Notes: generated by a model not told the origin, from the sequence alone. 64,000 bases of DNA from an uncultured Gammaproteobacteria bacterium (GCA_963790775.1 CAWBPR010000012.1:2763-66762); one strand, 5' to 3'; positions 44,993 to 54,399 are shown, counted from the first letter of the stretch. Numbers and translations: made by a program.

Positions 44993-45250
44993 ATGACCGA
45001 ACAGCGCTTCGATGTCAAAGACCTGGCCCTGACGGATCAAGGGGTTTCCCGCACCGAATGGGCACTCCAGGAAATGCCGCTGGTGCGTGGGCTGATGCAA
45101 CAGTTCGAACGTGAGCAACCACTGCAGGATATCCGCACCAGTGGTTGTCTGTATATTGCCACCCTTAAGCTGCAGGCCATGGAGCTCAACACTGATCGGC
45201 TCACCGACGAACAGCAGGCCTATCTCTCCTCCTGGGAAGAGGGTACCTGA
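44993..45250 (+). pseudogene. S-adenosylhomocysteine hydrolase (ahcY) remnant with a large in-frame internal deletion
   Basis: The 85-aa ORF has an AhcY N-terminus (FDVKDLALTDQGVSRTEWALQEMPLVRGLMQQFEREQPLQDIRTSGCL). This is joined directly to the AhcY C-terminal tail (LKLQAMELNTDRLTDEQQAYLSSWEEGT). The approximately 330-aa Rossmann/catalytic body is absent. Confidence 0.6.
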
Positions 45251-45264
45251 GCCACCAGCCAACC

Positions 45265-46113
45265 ATGGACGCCCCCCTCAATACCCAGATCGCCATGAAA
45301 CTTCAGGAAATGTCCGATCTGCTCGAACAGCAAGGCGCCAATCCCTTTCGTATCAAGGCCTATCGTCAGGCGGCCATCACCCTGTCCGATCTCGGGCAGG
45401 ATGTGGCGGATATCCTCCAGCAGGAAGGCAACAAGGGCCTGGAGACCCTACCGGGAATTGGCCGGGGCATTGCCACCGCCATCGCAGAGATCGTTACCAC
45501 GGGTCGTTGGGCCCAGTTGGAGCGTCTGCGAGGCAGCCTGGATCCGTTCCATCTATTCCAGACCGTACCGGGAATTGGCCCGGAACTGGCGGCGAAGATT
45601 CATGACGAGTTGCACATCGATACCCTGGAGGCTTTGGAGAATGCCGCTTTTGACGGCTCCCTGGAAAAACTCAAGGGTATCGGCGGCCGCCGCCTGACGG
45701 CGTTGCGCGCTACACTCGCCGTCATGCTCGGCCGGGCTCGCCGGGAACGGCGCTCACAGCCTACAGACGGACCAGATGTCTCCCTGCTGCTGGAGGTGGA
45801 TCGTCTCTACCTGGAGCAGGCCTTCACAGGGGAGTTGCCGAAAATCGCACCCAAACGCTTTAATCCGGAGAGTAAGGCCTGGCTGCCGATCCTGCATACG
45901 GAGAAAGCAGACTGGCACTTTACCGCCATGTTCTCCAACACGGCCCGCGCGCATCAGCTCAACAAGATCCATGACTGGGTAGTGATCTATTTCTATGACG
46001 ATCACCAGCAGGAAGGCCAGCATACCCTGGTCACCGAAACCCGTGGCCCCCTGCAGGGGAGGCGGGTGGTACGCGGACGTGAATCCGAGTGTCAGCACCA
46101 TTACCAGACTTGA
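45265..46113 (+). CDS. helix-hairpin-helix DNA-binding protein (Pol X N-terminal-domain-like)
   Basis: 282 aa. Motifs present are NPFRIKAYRQAA, LPGIGRGIATAI, VPGIGPELAAKI and LKGIGGRR. There is no PHP or palm domain. Confidence 0.7.
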   Translation: MDAPLNTQIAMKLQEMSDLLEQQGANPFRIKAYRQAAITLSDLGQDVADILQQEGNKGLETLPGIGRGIATAIAEIVTTGRWAQLERLRGSLDPFHLFQTVPGIGPELAAKIHDELHIDTLEALENAAFDGSLEKLKGIGGRRLTALRATLAVMLGRARRERRSQPTDGPDVSLLLEVDRLYLEQAFTGELPKIAPKRFNPESKAWLPILHTEKADWHFTAMFSNTARAHQLNKIHDWVVIYFYDDHQQEGQHTLVTETRGPLQGRRVVRGRESECQHHYQT

Positions 46114-46416
46114 GTGCTACCCTTCTCTTTTGCGTGTGAGGGGGACAAACGCAACACCCAGTACGTCGGTTACCGAAAGCCCCCCTGATTCCTCTTTCAC
46201 TGCAACCATCAGCTTGCTCAAGTTTTCCAGCTAGGACTTATTCAATAATAATACTGAGCCAACGGGTTCGCATGAGTGCAATATATAAATTGTAGAGAGG
46301 ATTTGATGGTCCAAATCCATCAGATAAACCTGAAGAGACTCAGGATGATTGGGGTGAGGATTTTCCCTAGGAGGCGCTTTCGGAAGAACAATAACGAATT
46401 GCCGGAATTGTCCGGC

Positions 46417-47052
46417 TTAGTGTTTGTTCATTGCGAAAACGTCTTCGAGAATCTGTCTGGGTACATCAATGGCATGCTGTTGCTTGAGTGCCAGTGCGAA
46501 TACTTCCACCGAGGCAGGATATTCCTCCATTTCCAGCAGGAAACTGCTGATATCCTCGATAACGGCCCATGGGTAGATCAACCAGCGCCATTCAGCCACC
46601 TCTTCGGCAAAATAGTCGGGAACAAAACTGGAGACACGTTTATGGTGCAGGACAGCTGTCCTGAGTGATGCCGGTTCACCCCTAGCATGCAAATGTTCTG
46701 TAGCCACTTGAAAGGTATCGCCTGAATCACAGACATCATCGACTAAAAGCACCCGTCTGCCTCCGACTTCGGCAGTCAGTGGATAGCGAACCTTGGCGGT
46801 TCGTTCCTTGTGAACAGCATGATAGTGTTCGACCTTGAGAGTGGCCAGGTCAAACAGATTCAAGTGATCGGAGAGAATCCTGGCCGGTATGAGACCCCCA
46901 CGGCTGATCGCAACAATAATTTCCGGATCGAAATGATTCTCACGCACCTGCCACACCAGATTACGCGCCAGTTGATAGGTCTGACCCCAGGTGATGAGTT
47001 CACAGGGAATCCCTCTATTCCCTTGATTCTGAGAATCAGCAGCTTGCACCAA
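46417..47052 (-). CDS. phosphoribosyltransferase-family protein
   Basis: 211 aa. The PRPP-binding loop is RVLLVDDVCDSGDTF and ISRGGLIPARIL is present. Confidence 0.8.
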   Translation of the reverse strand: MVQAADSQNQGNRGIPCELITWGQTYQLARNLVWQVRENHFDPEIIVAISRGGLIPARILSDHLNLFDLATLKVEHYHAVHKERTAKVRYPLTAEVGGRRVLLVDDVCDSGDTFQVATEHLHARGEPASLRTAVLHHKRVSSFVPDYFAEEVAEWRWLIYPWAVIEDISSFLLEMEEYPASVEVFALALKQQHAIDVPRQILEDVFAMNKH

Positions 47053-47251
47053 GAAACTCCGGTGGTGATGCAGGTGGAATCTCGATTGGCGTATCAGGCG
47101 GCGCCTCTAGCGGCGGAGGTTCAGCTGGTATCTCCTCAGGTTGTCCAGGTGGAATGCCAGGGGGTACTTCAGGCTGGGGTTTCTCCGGTGGTGTCCCGGG
47201 TGGAATATCCTGCTCATCCGGTTGTCGATCTGTAGATATCAATCTCAGCAT
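47036..47251 (-). CDS. proline/glutamate-rich 71-aa ORF (doubtful)
   Basis: DIPPGTPPEKPQPEVPPGIPPGQPEEIPAEPPPLEAPPDTPIEIPPASPPE. It has a low-complexity TonB-spacer-like composition, no signal peptide, and overlaps the next gene by 17 nt. Confidence 0.3.
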   Translation of the reverse strand: MLRLISTDRQPDEQDIPPGTPPEKPQPEVPPGIPPGQPEEIPAEPPPLEAPPDTPIEIPPASPPEFLGASC

Positions 47252-47521
47252 AAATCACTCCAGCTTTCGAGTATGCTTCCTATGTTTAGCCTAGCTCTCG
47301 CCATCTGCAGGCGCCAGTCGAATGGACACATATCTAGTACTTTATTCTGACCTAGATGGCAGTGATCAATATCACTCCAGCAGGCTGTTTACACGCTTAT
47401 CAGGGTAACGTTTGTAGATCGTCACCTGACTGAGGCCCACCTCTATATGCACTCATCTCGGTTGTGAATTTACCTGCTAGCATTGAAGTAGGAGAGTGTG
47501 ATTTTAGGGAGGTATTAGTCT

Positions 47522-48088
47522 ATGCAAGTTCCATTACAGATCACATTTCGGCATATGGATCCCTCGCCAGCGCTTGAGGACCAGATTAGGGAAGAGGCCG
47601 CCAAGCTGGAGCAGTTCCATGAACATATCATGAGTTGCAAGGTGGTTCTGGAAAGTCCGCACAGGCATCATCACAAAGGTAAGCTCTATCATTTTCACAT
47701 CGACCTGAAGACTCCGGGTATGGAGATGTTGGTCACCCGAAAACACCACGATAATCATGCCCATGAAGATGTCTATGTAGTTATCCGAGATGCCTTTGAT
47801 GCGATGCAGAGACAACTGGAAGATTTTGCCAGACGCCAACGTGGTGAAGTTAAGGCCCATGAACCGCCATTACACGGTCGTGTTGCTGAACTGGTGCCGA
47901 TGCAAGACTATGGCAAAATTAAGACACCGGATGGGCGTGAGATTTATTTCCATCGTAACAGTGTATTGGATAATGCCTATGACAAGCTGACGGAAGGTAG
48001 TGAAGTCAAATTCGTTGAAGAGAGTGGAGATGAGGGCCCGCAAGCCAGTACGGTTATTTTTGTCGGTAAACATCACATCCCGGGCTAG
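47522..48088 (+). CDS. HPF/RaiA-family ribosome-associated domain fused to a cold-shock-like (CSD/OB) domain
   Basis: The N-terminus is MQVPLQITFRHMDPSPALEDQIREEAAKLEQF..VVLE..HFHIDL (HPF/YfiA fold). The C-terminus is GRVAELVPMQDYGKIKTPDGREIYFHRNSV..LTEGSEVKFVEESGDEGPQA (CSD-like). Confidence 0.7.
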   Translation: MQVPLQITFRHMDPSPALEDQIREEAAKLEQFHEHIMSCKVVLESPHRHHHKGKLYHFHIDLKTPGMEMLVTRKHHDNHAHEDVYVVIRDAFDAMQRQLEDFARRQRGEVKAHEPPLHGRVAELVPMQDYGKIKTPDGREIYFHRNSVLDNAYDKLTEGSEVKFVEESGDEGPQASTVIFVGKHHIPG

Positions 48089-48149
48089 GGCATTGGGAAA
48101 TTTCAACTGATTGAAGAGTCATGATTTATCCAATGCCAGGAGGTAAAAA

Positions 48150-48629
48150 ATGTCGATCGCGAAACAGTTACAGACCTACCTGAAACAGCATGAAATCAAA
48201 TATCGCCTGATTACTCACCCGCATACAGGCTCCAGTATGGAATCGGCTGAACAAGCCCATGTGCATGGAGATGCACTGGCGAAGGGAATTCTGGTGACTA
48301 CGGCGGATGACGGCTATCGGCTTGTAGTGGTGCCCTCTGACTATCACATCGAACTGGAGTCACTGCAGACACTGTTAAAGCAGGAGGTTGAAATGTCTAC
48401 AGAAACCGAGCTTGGAGAATGCTTCCCGGACTGTGAAGTGGGGGCCGTGCCGCCACTGGGGCATGTTTACGGGATCAAGACCCTTTGGGATCCGGACACC
48501 AGTCTGGGTAGAGAGGAACGGATCTTTTTTGAAGCCGGCGATCACGAGCACCTGGTGGCAGTCAGTGGTGAGCAGTTCCATGAGTTGATGGCGCCGGCGG
48601 AGCGGGGTGAGTTTAGCCAGCATATCTGA
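48150..48629 (+). CDS. YbaK/EbsC-type aminoacyl-tRNA deacylase-domain protein
   Basis: 159 aa. Motifs present are LKQHEIKYRLITHP, AKGILV, LVVVPSDYHIEL, GAVPPLG and IFFEAGDHEHL. Confidence 0.75.
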   Translation: MSIAKQLQTYLKQHEIKYRLITHPHTGSSMESAEQAHVHGDALAKGILVTTADDGYRLVVVPSDYHIELESLQTLLKQEVEMSTETELGECFPDCEVGAVPPLGHVYGIKTLWDPDTSLGREERIFFEAGDHEHLVAVSGEQFHELMAPAERGEFSQHI

Positions 48630-48726
48630 CGCTGGACTGACAAGGTGACAGGAACCGGTGGCCTCCCTTGCCGCTCCATGAAAATATGATTTCCATATGG
48701 CATGCCTAACTCAAGGGATTATTTGA

Positions 48727-49023
48727 CTAGTAGGACGGTAATGGCCGCGAGGTATCATCCACTTCTTTTTCCGCATCGAGCCAGTCCTGCACCTCATATC
48801 CCGACACGAAGCCACGCTGCTCAGCCTTTAGATAGGCCAGTTCCTCGATTTTGCGATGACGCTCTTCGTCAGAGGCGAAAAATGAATTTGTAATCGGAGT
48901 TTTATTAGAGCCTTCTATCTGCCCATGGGTATCGTGCGACGCGGAAGAATCAACTTTTGTCGTCCCTGATACCTTGCGCTTCGTCCTGGGTTGGTTTCCA
49001 CTTGCTTTCTTTCTAGTCGTCAT
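48727..49023 (-). CDS. DUF2934-domain protein
   Basis: The C-terminus is ERHRKIEELAYLKAEQRGFVSGYEVQDWLDAEKEV (DUF2934 signature). The N-terminus is basic and low-complexity. Confidence 0.65.
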   Translation of the reverse strand: MTTRKKASGNQPRTKRKVSGTTKVDSSASHDTHGQIEGSNKTPITNSFFASDEERHRKIEELAYLKAEQRGFVSGYEVQDWLDAEKEVDDTSRPLPSY

Positions 49024-49186
49024 GCTGCTCTCCTCTGTGACTGATCTTCTTTTGTCGAGACCCTCATATACATTTTATAATTTTTGCAATCTTCGATCTC
49101 GATAACCTGTCACGTATTGTTCATTCCCGTTCCCCGCTATTCTTCCCTATTGTCGAATCCCAACCTAATCTTCCTGGATTGAAAGG

Positions 49187-51136
49187 TCATGCTGAATCCT
49201 GTTTCGGCCTCACCAGCTGGGGACAGACAGCGGCTATCTCCTGATACACCCGCCAGGGGTGTTTTTCATAGCGTCGAGAGAAGTGGAAGGGGATCAGGTG
49301 CTGTACCTGCGCCTCATTGGCGATTTCTCCACAGGCAAGGGTTGTCAGATGTCCGGTTCGCCGGGCCTGCGCGCGCTCCTGTTGCAGGAAGGTCGCCTCA
49401 CAGAAGAAGGTGTGCGCACCCTGTGTCAATGCCCTTAGCTTGATCCGGTTATCTAGGGTATCCGCAAAATCTGTCGCATACACCAGCCTGCTACCCTGGC
49501 TTATCAGTATCAGGTCCTCGGCGAGCTTTGCCACCAACTCCGCACGGCCATCGGGAAGCCTAATGCTGGCTGTCTCCTCACCGGCATAGAGACACTCCTT
49601 CAGCTCATTCAGCCAGGGACCGGGTTCCAGTTGCCTTTCGAGTAATCGTTCCTTGCGCACGTTGATCTGTTTGACGGGCTCATAGGCAAAGGCCAGGACC
49701 GGCGTGCCATGATCCAGGGTCACGGCGCGCACTCGGAAATCGGGCTCCGCCAACAGCACATCCTCCCGCACACCCTCTTCACCACAGGGATTACAACCTG
49801 GCTGCCCGGCCTGTAGACGGTATCTTTTCAAATAAGCGCCATGCAGCTCTGTCACCTCGAAGCGAGGTCCTCGCATGCCGATCCGGTCCCAGTGAATCCC
49901 ATTGATGAGACCCTCGATATTGGCTGCCAGATCTGGCGGACCATACAGACGACAGACATTGCTCTCGCCAATGCGGGAACGCAATAGCCAGAGAAAGCCA
50001 CAGATGTGATCCACATGGGTATGGGTGATAAAGACATCGCTCACCTGATGGGCAATGCGTGTCGGCAGCCGGGAACCTTCCCCCAGGTCGAAGAGCAGGC
50101 TGCGCCGCTGATGGCGCAGGCGCAGATGCAGCAACGGATCACCGAACACACCATTGACCAGTACCGCCATGGCGGTTCCCACATGCACCAGAGGCCGCAC
50201 TCCGCCATTTGCTTGTATCGCCGCATCCGGCAGCAGATCCGGTGGCGGTATATAGCGCACCAGCTTATCGGCAAATGGCTTGTTCGTGGTCAGCAGACCA
50301 GCGGCATCGCGGCAGGCATCCCGCACCAGTAAGGTGTCGGTCGGCCGATGCATGGCTGGTAAACGCACGCTGAGTGTCCCGTTATCGGCGCCGGTCACCT
50401 CACCCATCGCCACAGTATGCTCCCGTTCCAGGAAGGCCACCTGCTTGCCCAGCCAGGCTTCCGGCGCATTTCTGGGCGGGGTTCCAACCGTTTTCAGTTG
50501 CTGCAAGGGAACAACGCGTTCTTCTGCCCCATCAAGGTAGTGATCCCAAAGCCCTGTTCGCTGTCGGGCGCGCGTCATCTTACCGGGACGGCTGGCTTTT
50601 TCTGCGGCCTTGATATAAGCCACCTCGATACCCAGGCTTTGCAGCTCATGCACCAGCAGTGGCGGCTGGGCCGGACGCTGCAATACCAGCACTAGATCGA
50701 TATCCGCTGCCCGAACCAGTGAAGTGAGCAGTTCGGCACCGGCAACCCCTCTGATCACACCAGGGGCATCCAGTAACAAGGTGCCGGCAGAGACTTCATC
50801 AGCCAACCTCCTGACTGCCGACACCAGGGGCAGGCGGAATCTGGCGGCATCCAGGGAACAGAGCGCCTCCATCCCCCTCAGTGACCAACCCGTTTCCTCC
50901 CAACTCCCCAGGCAGACCGCGCCGGGCGCGCCAAAGACCGGTGAGCCCGGGTCTGCACTGAGACACCAGACTGAGCGCCCCAAACCCGATAACTGCACTG
51001 CCAGACCCGCAGCCAGAGTGGTCTTGCCGATGCCAGGCTGGCCGAACAGCAATACCCGTCGATCCCGGCTCAACAGATGCCCGGTAATCAAGGCAGGCTC
51101 AGCCTCGAAGCATGCTGGAGAATCGAACTGGTTCAT
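49187..51136 (-). CDS. fusion protein: Clp1/Grc3-like P-loop (polynucleotide-kinase-type) N-domain + metallo-beta-lactamase (RNase Z-like) C-domain
   Basis: 649 aa. The N-domain has the P-loop LLFGQPGIGKTTLAAGLA, then SADPGSP and LLLDAPGVIRGVAGAELL, resembling Clp1_P. The C-domain has LLFDLGEGS..DVFITHTHVDHICGF (HxHxDH) and later His/Asp motifs. Confidence 0.65.
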   Translation of the reverse strand: MNQFDSPACFEAEPALITGHLLSRDRRVLLFGQPGIGKTTLAAGLAVQLSGLGRSVWCLSADPGSPVFGAPGAVCLGSWEETGWSLRGMEALCSLDAARFRLPLVSAVRRLADEVSAGTLLLDAPGVIRGVAGAELLTSLVRAADIDLVLVLQRPAQPPLLVHELQSLGIEVAYIKAAEKASRPGKMTRARQRTGLWDHYLDGAEERVVPLQQLKTVGTPPRNAPEAWLGKQVAFLEREHTVAMGEVTGADNGTLSVRLPAMHRPTDTLLVRDACRDAAGLLTTNKPFADKLVRYIPPPDLLPDAAIQANGGVRPLVHVGTAMAVLVNGVFGDPLLHLRLRHQRRSLLFDLGEGSRLPTRIAHQVSDVFITHTHVDHICGFLWLLRSRIGESNVCRLYGPPDLAANIEGLINGIHWDRIGMRGPRFEVTELHGAYLKRYRLQAGQPGCNPCGEEGVREDVLLAEPDFRVRAVTLDHGTPVLAFAYEPVKQINVRKERLLERQLEPGPWLNELKECLYAGEETASIRLPDGRAELVAKLAEDLILISQGSRLVYATDFADTLDNRIKLRALTQGAHTFFCEATFLQQERAQARRTGHLTTLACGEIANEAQVQHLIPFHFSRRYEKHPWRVYQEIAAVCPQLVRPKQDSA

Positions 51137-51180
51137 TTACCCCTCTGTTCTGAGCATAGCGGAAGTAGAAGCTTTCTCTG

Positions 51181-52407
51181 CTAGCTTCTGATATCGAGCT
51201 CAAACCTGCCATGCATCAGCTTTGTCACCCCTGTTCCCAGGGGAGCACACTCCCGATCCATAGTCTGTTGTAGCCAGTTCTGATCCTGTTCTGTCGGATA
51301 GTGCAACCGGAACTGCCTGATCTGCAAGGGCGTCATCGTCAAACTCAGTAATCTACCGGATCGAGGCTCCATGGTAACGAAGTACATCAGGGTCAGATCA
51401 TCCCGGAACGTTTCATATCCGCTGATGCCCTCGTAGTCATTGAGAAAATCCCCACAGCCATAAAAAATGGGGCGTTCCCGATATATCTCGATCGCCTTGG
51501 GATGATGGGAGGAGTGCCCATGCACGATATCCACCCCCGCCCGGTCGATCAGCCAATGGGCAAACTGCCGCTGTTCAGATGGAATCTGGTATCCCCAATT
51601 ACCACCCCAATGGATGGAAACCATCACCAGGTCTCCCGGACGCTTAGCCACGGATATCCGGTACGCCATTCTGGCGGCCTCATCCTCTGACAGCGCTTCC
51701 AGTAAAGCCACCCCCGGCTGCCGAGGCTCGGCCTGCCACTTCCCGGGTACACCACTCGACCGATGGGCAAATGCGAATAGCAGCAACCTGCCCTTCCCCG
51801 GCAGATCGAATATCGCCGGCGCCTCTGCCTGTACAGATTCACGTCCGGCGCCAGCGCTTCTGATCCCGGCGGCTTCCAGTGACTTCAGCGTCTCCAGCAG
51901 GCCATCGTAGCCCCAATCCAGCACATGATTGTTGGCCAGCACACAGGCATCTATTCTAGCTGCCGTCAGGCAGGGCATATTTTTCGGATGCATGCGGTAG
52001 TTGATGCCCTTTCCGGGCCAATAGGCGTCGCTGGTGGTAACTGCGGTCTCGAGATTGATGATCCGCAGATCCGGATTGAGCTGCTGAAATTCAGTCAGCA
52101 CATCACCCCAGATATAGTCAAAAGAGACCGGCCTGGGTATGGGACCGTTTGCCTGCTCCGCGATCTCCACATAGTCACCGGCGCTTTTCAGATAACCCTC
52201 GTGGATGCGTGGATGACTAGGATGGGGCAATATCTGGTCGATCCCGCGACCTGTCATGACATCGCCGCACAGAAAGAGGCGAATGTTTTCATGCGATGCT
52301 GCAGCGTTGACAGGAATCATGCCGCCTGTGCCTCGCTCAACCACACCGCCCGTGGTGAGAACCAACGCACCCAAACCGAGCATGTGAAGAAACGTCCGCC
52401 GGTGCAT
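51181..52407 (-). CDS. CapA/PGA_cap-family metallophosphatase with Tat-type signal
   Basis: 408 aa with MHRRTFLHMLGLGAL at the N-terminus. Motifs present are LFLCGDVMTGRGID, NLETAVT, ANNHVLDWG, SIHWGGNWGY and HGHSSHHPK. Confidence 0.8.
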   Translation of the reverse strand: MHRRTFLHMLGLGALVLTTGGVVERGTGGMIPVNAAASHENIRLFLCGDVMTGRGIDQILPHPSHPRIHEGYLKSAGDYVEIAEQANGPIPRPVSFDYIWGDVLTEFQQLNPDLRIINLETAVTTSDAYWPGKGINYRMHPKNMPCLTAARIDACVLANNHVLDWGYDGLLETLKSLEAAGIRSAGAGRESVQAEAPAIFDLPGKGRLLLFAFAHRSSGVPGKWQAEPRQPGVALLEALSEDEAARMAYRISVAKRPGDLVMVSIHWGGNWGYQIPSEQRQFAHWLIDRAGVDIVHGHSSHHPKAIEIYRERPIFYGCGDFLNDYEGISGYETFRDDLTLMYFVTMEPRSGRLLSLTMTPLQIRQFRLHYPTEQDQNWLQQTMDRECAPLGTGVTKLMHGRFELDIRS

Positions 52408-52719
52408 CGCTCACTCCAGATGAGGTCGCCATCAAAAAAAACCTTCTTCATACACTGAGTCTAGACCGCATTCGTGACCCACTATTCCAGCCATTTGAAA
52501 GGCCTTTGGCGCTGATCCAGGCGCAGAGTTCGAAAAGCTCAGCCATAACCAGGTTGAGAGTGTAACAGCCCCGTGATTGAAGGTTCAGTATCAGCCTGTT
52601 TACCCGTCATCACCTATGCTTTGATACAGCGCTGTTTAAACAATAGGCACTATGGGCATAAGATGACGAAACTGATCCTGCTACTGACCTTGGCAGTTGC
52701 GGCCTGATGGGAGACAACT

Positions 52720-53343
52720 ATGGCTGAAACGAACATCCATCAGCTGCCGGAACCACGCCTGGAAGGCGGTAAGGCCTTGATCGAAGTATTGAAGGAACGC
52801 CGATCAATACGGGAATACTCAGCCCAGCCACTTACCCTGCAGGAGGTTGCCCAACTTCTTTGGTCGGCCCAGGGAATCACCTCGCGGGATGGCTTTCGCA
52901 CTGCTCCGTCTGCTGGTGCACTCTATCCTCTGGTATTAGATCTGGTGGCTGGAGCGGTGGAAGGGCTGGCTCCCGGTAGTTACCGATATGATCCTCACGG
53001 CCATACACTGAAAATAGTCGTTGCTGGTGATCTTCGCCCCGGCCTTGCGCATGCCGCACTGGATCAGGGATGGATTCAGCGGGCATCAGCAGCGGTGGTG
53101 ATAACTGCAGTTTATTCACGCACAACCGGGAAATATGGCAAACGGGGCATCCGATATGCTCACATGGAGGCAGGTCACGCCGGGCAGAATCTTTTCCTGC
53201 AGGCCGAGGCGATGGGATTGGCTACTGTTGTCGTGGGCGCATTCGATGATGATGCCCTGAAAACTTTATTGCATCTACCTAAGGATGAACAACCCCTTTC
53301 CATTCTGCCTGTCGGCTATCCCAGACAGGCCATAACGGATTGA
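52720..53343 (+). CDS. SagB-type dehydrogenase / nitroreductase-fold protein
   Basis: 207 aa. Motifs present are LKERRSIREY, SAGALYPL, RYAHMEAGHAGQNLFLQAEAMGL and VVGAFDD. GGGAGA lies 5 nt upstream of the ATG. Confidence 0.8.
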   Translation: MAETNIHQLPEPRLEGGKALIEVLKERRSIREYSAQPLTLQEVAQLLWSAQGITSRDGFRTAPSAGALYPLVLDLVAGAVEGLAPGSYRYDPHGHTLKIVVAGDLRPGLAHAALDQGWIQRASAAVVITAVYSRTTGKYGKRGIRYAHMEAGHAGQNLFLQAEAMGLATVVVGAFDDDALKTLLHLPKDEQPLSILPVGYPRQAITD

Positions 53344-53583
53344 TTGCCCGCTTGAATGCAGTAGAGAAATGTGTCGCCTTTTTTAGCCACAATCAGCGAT
53401 TGAGAATGTATGAGAGTGAAATACGTATTTTCTATCTCGATTTCGGTAAAGGGATTTATTCTTATTATTCAGCCCACAACCTTATTGAGCATCGGTTTCC
53501 TGCGTTAAACGATGCATCAATCTCCTATACTAAATATAAAGGGCTGATACATCAGGATTCCCAGCTCAGCCGGAGGCTTAACC

Positions 53584-53823
53584 ATGAATGATACAGGCAA
53601 CAAACCTCAAGTCGGCGCACCGGATCCGGAACTGAAAACCTCGCCAATCTTCGATGAGTCCGACCAGGAATTTCTGTCACTGGATACCGAGTTGGAAGAA
53701 GGCCTCTGTTATTTCAATGACCAGATTTACCGGCTTGGTGATTATGTTTGCAGTGGCGATGAATTGTTACGCTGCGAAGTATATGGGGTCTGGATAAGGG
53801 AAGGGAGTTGTTACGAGAAATGA
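53584..53823 (+). CDS. hypothetical 79-aa acidic protein with four Cys
   Basis: An open frame with a GGAGG 8 nt upstream of the ATG. No family recognised. Confidence 0.4.
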   Translation: MNDTGNKPQVGAPDPELKTSPIFDESDQEFLSLDTELEEGLCYFNDQIYRLGDYVCSGDELLRCEVYGVWIREGSCYEK

Positions 53824-53977
53824 CTGTTCACGTTGATTAACGATCAGGGCAGACCACTTCGGTAACACCCTGCCCCTGTCCGCCGGAGAGTGTCGTAGCT
53901 GTCTGCTTCTTTAATTGAAGATCATTTCAATGAGGCAACCACCAACAAGGAGAAGGGCCAATGTCGAAGGAACAGCT

Positions 53978-54370
53978 ATGTTGAACATCAATCCAGAAAC
54001 TGTCTGTTTCATTATCTCAAAGGCACGGCAATTTCAGGCCAAGGAAGAGGTTGTGATTACGGAGGTGCCATACAGCTCCGCTGATGATTGGGCCCTTCAA
54101 ATATTGGCGAACCACATTGACGACCCCTGTGTTCAGGAAGTGAAGGCGACAGTCAGGGATCTTGAGCCGGACCAACAGGCAGAGCTGGTGGCGTTGATGT
54201 GGCTCGGACGCGATGACTATCTTTTAAGCGAGTGGGACTCGGCAACGGCTGATGCGGCGGAATCCCTGACCGACATAACGGACCCGGGTGCCTACCTGCT
54301 TGCCCATCCACTGGTAGCCAACTATCTGTTGGAGGGCCTGATCCAACACGGCGTCAGCTGCGAGGAGTGA
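53978..54370 (+). CDS. DUF3775-domain protein
   Basis: The start is trimmed to MLNINPETVCFIISKARQF (AAGGAA upstream). DLEPDQQAELVALMWLGRDDY is typical of DUF3775. Confidence 0.7.
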   Translation: MLNINPETVCFIISKARQFQAKEEVVITEVPYSSADDWALQILANHIDDPCVQEVKATVRDLEPDQQAELVALMWLGRDDYLLSEWDSATADAAESLTDITDPGAYLLAHPLVANYLLEGLIQHGVSCEE

Positions 54371-54399
54371 GCACTCCACCCGCTAGACGATGAGCGCTC

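Noticed and set aside
46276-46668. A 130-aa + strand ORF.
   Set aside because: It is antisense to the well-supported phosphoribosyltransferase gene and has no motifs.
53340-53591. An 83-aa ORF overlapping the SagB-type gene stop, considered as a possible RiPP precursor next to a SagB-type dehydrogenase.
   Set aside because: There is no YcaO or cyclodehydratase partner anywhere in the window. The ORF is AT-rich and low-complexity with no Cys/Ser/Thr-rich core and no SD sequence.
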